64,000 nucleotides of DNA from an uncultured Chloroflexia bacterium (GTDB taxonomy: Bacteria; Chloroflexota; Dehalococcoidia; DSTF01; JALHUB01), in assembly GCA_963703345.1 (NCBI GenBank), contig OY969814.1, positions 672,001 through 736,000 of the forward strand, given 5' to 3'. The position numbers were made by a program, and so were the translations under genes. The notes below the pieces were generated by a model. The model worked only from the letters and a program-made list of their open reading frames with translations, had not been told where the DNA came from and ran no database searches. Positions 60,222 to 64,000 of this stretch are shown one piece after another. Numbering within the stretch: position 1 is the first letter of the stretch; each line of letters starts with the position of its first letter.

Positions 60222-60422
60222 CTAGCCCCTGGTCGTTGCCCTAGCTATCCGCTTGCGCGCCCGACGCGTCGCCTTCGCCTTCGCGAGACGTCGCACTTCC
60301 GACTTCGAGATGAAGTGACGCCTCTTCTTAATCTCCCTTAGCACCCCGTTTCGCTGCATCGTCTGCCGGAAACGGGATAGCAAATGTTCCTGAGTTTCGC
60401 CGTCTCTGAGCTCTACGAACAA
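60222..60422 (-). CDS. rpsU: 30S ribosomal protein S21
   Basis: TTG start at 60422: (M)FVELRDGETQEHLLSRFRQTMQRNGVLREIKKRRHFISKSE... Confidence 0.85.
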   Translation of the reverse strand: MFVELRDGETQEHLLSRFRQTMQRNGVLREIKKRRHFISKSEVRRLAKAKATRRARKRIARATTRG

Positions 60423-60435
60423 ATGCGGTCCCTTC

Positions 60436-60762
60436 TTAGAATCGCTCTGGCCTGCTCGGAGAGCGGCGCGAGAAGCAATCGAAACAGTAGACGGGGCGGT
60501 CTCCCCGCGGCTCGAACGGGACCTCGGTAGCCTGGCCGCACTCGGCGCAGACCGCCGGGAACATCTGCCGTCGTCCACCGCCGGCGGAGCTCCCGCCGCC
60601 GCGCGACCCGCCTCGTTCCGCCTTCCGCGCCGACCGGCAAGTCGGGCAGCGCTTCGGCTCATTCGTAAAGCCGCGGCTCGCGTGGTACTCCTGGTCCTCT
60701 GCCGTGAACGTGAATGTTGCGCCGCAATCGACGCACGTTAGATCTCTGTCGGTGTAAGGCAC
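60436..60762 (-). CDS. Zinc-ribbon plus CxxC-x17-CxxC domain protein
   Basis: DRDLTCVDCG...PKRCPTCR; AVCAECG...VPFEP...PVYCFDCF. Confidence 0.85.
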   Translation of the reverse strand: MPYTDRDLTCVDCGATFTFTAEDQEYHASRGFTNEPKRCPTCRSARKAERGGSRGGGSSAGGGRRQMFPAVCAECGQATEVPFEPRGDRPVYCFDCFSRRSPSRPERF

Positions 60763-60986
60763 TCGACGACCTCCTTCTGCTGAACTTCCTTGTCATCGAG
60801 TGCGAGCGAAATGGGGGACCCTTCGCGACGACTGAAGACGCGGAAATCTGACCAATCGAAGGTAGTTTATCATACAAGCCAGGAACTGACAATACGACGG
60901 ACCTGGCAAACCCTTCCTCTCAATGGTTCGGCTGCTCGGCCCGGTTCTTGAGGGTGCTTGAGAATGCGAATCGCGGCAAATTCGCT

Positions 60987-61658
60987 TTACAGGCACAGGT
61001 CGCGCCGCTCACAGTAGTCGCAGGAAGAGCCCTCCGCCGGCGTCAGCACGTCCTCCCCCAGCGCTACGGCGAAGGCGATGCTCTTGAACGGATGCAACAC
61101 CCCCGATTCCCGCGCCTCGACGCCTATCTCCCGCGCTCCCACCAGCTCCGCGATCGCCCGCTGCCCCGAAAGCGGCCAATGGCTAGTTCCGGGGTTGAGC
61201 GGAATGCTCGCCTTCACGCCCCGCGCCCGGGCCATCTCTTCGATGAGCGCGTAGCCGGCTTCGCCCGTCTTGCCCAGCGCCACCGATCCGACGGCGTCGA
61301 GGGCGAAGGCGACCGGGTACTCGCGCTGCGCCGCCAGCTCGTCCACCCGCGCCTCCAGCAAAGGCCCTATCGTGTACACCATCAGGACGACCTCGCCCGC
61401 GCTGCCGAACAGCACCGCAACGACCGCACTCTCCAGCGCCGCGCCGTCGCCGACGACCAGTCGCGAGGGGTCGACCGCTGTCACCGGCAAGACCTCGTAC
61501 GCGATTGCCGGCCGCGCCAGCCGCCTGCCCTCCGCCAGCGCCGCATCGACCGCTTTCAGCCAGGCATCGTCGCCCTGCGGCAGGCCCGGCCGCTGCCGCA
61601 GCAGCCGCAGCACCGATTCTCGCTCCAGCTCAACCTCAAAGCCCGTGACCAGCGGCAA
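60987..61658 (-). CDS. B12-dependent methionine synthase activation-domain-like protein
   Basis: VYTIGP.LE; LDAVGS; NPG...WPL..Q; L.PFKSI; terminal CDYC...C. Confidence 0.7.
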   Translation of the reverse strand: MPLVTGFEVELERESVLRLLRQRPGLPQGDDAWLKAVDAALAEGRRLARPAIAYEVLPVTAVDPSRLVVGDGAALESAVVAVLFGSAGEVVLMVYTIGPLLEARVDELAAQREYPVAFALDAVGSVALGKTGEAGYALIEEMARARGVKASIPLNPGTSHWPLSGQRAIAELVGAREIGVEARESGVLHPFKSIAFAVALGEDVLTPAEGSSCDYCERRDLCL

Positions 61659-61809
61659 GATCGTCCTCCTGTTCGCGATCCCAATCTAAGCCTGCCTCTC
61701 GCGCCCGTCAAACGCCCTCAGGGTTGACGCGTCTTTGAACGATCAGGTAGGCTGAATTGCCGTTGGCCGCAATCGCTCCGACCATCCGACGCGACAGGCC
61801 GGGAAAGAA

Positions 61810-62439
61810 ATGGAACTCGCCGACATTACCCGCAGCCTCATCGAAGGCGACGCCCCGGGCACGGCCGCCCTCACGCAGCAGGCCCTCGACGCCGGCCAGC
61901 CCGCTCACACCATCCTCGACGACGCCCTCATCCCCGGAATGACCCAGGTCGGCGAGCTCTTCGAGAAGAACGAGTACTTCGTGCCGGAGCTCCTGCTCGC
62001 CGCCCGCGCCATGTACGCCGCCCTCGACCTCCTGCGTCCCAGGCTGACCGAGGGCGACTATGAGCCCACCGGCAAAGCGGTCATCGGCACCGTCCAGGGC
62101 GACCTGCACGACATCGGCAAGAAGCTGGTCGGCATCATGCTCGAAGGCAACGGCTTCGCGGTCGTCGACCTTGGTGCGGACGTGGCGCCGGAGAAGTTCC
62201 TGGAGGCCGTGCGGCAGAGCGGCGCCAGGATTGTCGGTCTGTCTGCGCTCCTCACGACGACGCTCCCGTCGATGGAGAAGACCGTCCGCGCCCTCAAGGA
62301 GGTCGACCCGTCGCTGAAGGTCATGGTCGGTGGCGCGCCCGTCACCCAGGCCTTCGCCGACAGCATCGGTGCTGACGGCTACGGCCGCGACGCCAGCGCC
62401 GCCGTCACCCTTGCGCGCCGGCTGCTCGGGAATGCCTGA
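61810..62439 (+). CDS. Corrinoid (B12-binding) protein of a methyltransferase system
   Basis: LIPGMTQVG..F...EYFVPE; GTVQGDLHDIGK (DxHxxG); LSALLTTT; VMVGGAPVT. Confidence 0.93.
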   Translation: MELADITRSLIEGDAPGTAALTQQALDAGQPAHTILDDALIPGMTQVGELFEKNEYFVPELLLAARAMYAALDLLRPRLTEGDYEPTGKAVIGTVQGDLHDIGKKLVGIMLEGNGFAVVDLGADVAPEKFLEAVRQSGARIVGLSALLTTTLPSMEKTVRALKEVDPSLKVMVGGAPVTQAFADSIGADGYGRDASAAVTLARRLLGNA

Positions 62440-64000
62440 AAACGCCCAGCCGCGACTCCTGCGCGTCGCCGTCGACGGCCTCGACCTCGAAATCCTGGTC
62501 GCCGCCGGCGCCTCCCTACTCGACGCCCTGCGCTCAGGCGGAATCGCTGTCGACTCCGAATGCGGCGGTCGGGGCACTTGCGGCGAATGTCGCGTCCGTT
62601 TCCTCGAAGGCGCGCCCCCGCCGACAGTTGAGGACGCCGCCCTTCTTTCCCAGGACGACCTTGCCGCCGGCTGGCGCCTCGCCTGCCTGACGTTCCTCGC
62701 CGCCGACTGCCGCGTCGCCATCCCCCAGCGAGTCGCCCGCGCCCGCCGCGCCCGCATCCGCATCCTGACCGAAGCAACGGCCGCGCCCATCGCTCGCGCC
62801 GAGCAGCGAAGGCGAGCCGGCTACGGCATCGCTGTCGATGTCGGGACTACCACCGTCGTCTGCTACCTGATGGACTTGTCGAAAGCCCTCCAGCTCGGCG
62901 TCGCCTCCTTCGCCAACCCGCAGTCCGCGTTCGGGCCCGATGTCGTCTCCCGCATCGCCTATGCCCATCGCGGCCCGGCGGAGCTGCGCGAGCTGCAGCG
63001 ACGCCTCGTCTCGCACCTGGAAAAGAGCTTCGCCTCGCTCTGCCGGAGCGCGGGCGTGTCTCCCGCCGCCGTCTCAATGATAACGGCGGCGGGAAACATG
63101 ACGATGATGCACCTCCTCCGCGGCGTCGACCCCTGGCCGCTCGGCGTTGCGCCCTACGAGCCGGTCTTCACGGAGCTTCCGCCGTTCCCCGCCCGCGAGA
63201 TCGGCTTCAAGCGATTCGACGGCTGTGAGCTCCAGGTGCTGCCCGGCGTGGGCGGCCATGTCGGCTCCGACATCGTTGCCGGCGTGCTCGGCCTCGACCT
63301 CGCGCGGCGGCCCGGCCTCTCGCTCTTCATCGACCTCGGCACCAACGGCGAAGTCGTCCTCGCCGCGAAGCGAATCATGGCCGGCGCCTCCTGTGCTGCC
63401 GGCCCCGCCTTCGAAGGCGTGCACATCGCCAGCGGCATGCCCGCCCTGCCCGGCGCCATCGAGCGCGTTGACGAAGAAGATGGACGCCTCCGGCTCGACG
63501 CCATAGACGGCGCCGCGCCCGCCGGCCTCTGCGGCAGCGGTCTCATCGACGCCGTCGCCCTGCTGCTTCGTTGCGGCTTGATCCTGCCGTCGGGCCGGTT
63601 CGTCGCGCCCGCGAAAGCCCCCGACGCCTTGCCGCTCGACCTTCGCCGTCGCCTGCGCGAGGACGGTGGAGAGCGCCGCTTCCTCCTCGTCGAGGACGGC
63701 GCGCGCGGCGACATCGCCATCACCCAGCAGGACATTCGCGAGGTGCAGCTCGCCAAGGCCGCCGTCCGCGCCACCATCGACCTCCTCCTTCGCGAAGCGA
63801 GCCTGGAGCCGGAGGCAATCGACGCCGTTTTCGTCGCCGGCGGATTCGGCAGCTCCCTGCGTAGCGAGAGCATCCTGACCCTCGGCATCGTGCCTGAGGG
63901 CGTGCGCGGCCGGATTCACGCCGCCGGCAACACCGCCGGCCTCGGAGCGAAGCTGGCGCTCGTCTACCCGGCGCGCATGCGGGAAGCGCATCGCCTGGCG
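62432..64000 (+). CDS. RACo/ASKHA-family (DUF4445) corrinoid reductive activator with an N-terminal 2Fe-2S domain, runs off the right edge
   Basis: Not in the ORF track. ATG 62432 overlaps the corrinoid gene end; CGGRGTCGEC, RLAC, AVDVGTTT, DLGTNGE, AGPAFEG, GLCGSG, QLAKAA, AGGFG; open to 64000. Confidence 0.9.
   Translation, partial: MPENAQPRLLRVAVDGLDLEILVAAGASLLDALRSGGIAVDSECGGRGTCGECRVRFLEGAPPPTVEDAALLSQDDLAAGWRLACLTFLAADCRVAIPQRVARARRARIRILTEATAAPIARAEQRRRAGYGIAVDVGTTTVVCYLMDLSKALQLGVASFANPQSAFGPDVVSRIAYAHRGPAELRELQRRLVSHLEKSFASLCRSAGVSPAAVSMITAAGNMTMMHLLRGVDPWPLGVAPYEPVFTELPPFPAREIGFKRFDGCELQVLPGVGGHVGSDIVAGVLGLDLARRPGLSLFIDLGTNGEVVLAAKRIMAGASCAAGPAFEGVHIASGMPALPGAIERVDEEDGRLRLDAIDGAAPAGLCGSGLIDAVALLLRCGLILPSGRFVAPAKAPDALPLDLRRRLREDGGERRFLLVEDGARGDIAITQQDIREVQLAKAAVRATIDLLLREASLEPEAIDAVFVAGGFGSSLRSESILTLGIVPEGVRGRIHAAGNTAGLGAKLALVYPARMREAHRLA

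Noticed and set aside
60423-60662. 146-aa ORF as an extended S21
   Set aside because: The upstream part overlaps the zinc-ribbon gene in another frame; S21 begins at TTG 60422.

Overview
GC-rich bacterial window. The gene content suggests Chloroflexota, probably Dehalococcoidia-like (inference). Positions 1-20.4 kb are a surface-protein locus: nine secreted proteins carrying cysteine-containing cohesin-like, dockerin-like, TSP3-like or Ig-like modules and Pro/Thr linkers, four of them with a PPxTG(D/S)G sorting motif, followed by four tandem class F sortases and two tRNA-Ser genes. No glycoside hydrolase is present. The strongest candidate for a novel system is therefore a sortase-anchored, non-cellulosomal cohesin-dockerin surface scaffold. 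A second cohesin/dockerin cluster (32.7-40.8 kb) uses a different dockerin signature and displays a subtilase-like protein and a repeat adhesin-like protein. Between and after these lie housekeeping genes (mnmA, rsfS, ndk, tsaB, tsaE, thiL, lon, hsp20, tyrS, ribF, rpsU). A stress/dormancy block at 45.4-60.1 kb joins Ku-LigD directly to a ferritin-like cargo and family 1 encapsulin, with a fused kinase-regulator, OtsA and SOD. A corrinoid methyl-transfer locus begins at the right edge. All domain calls come from motif recognition by eye; no database search was run.
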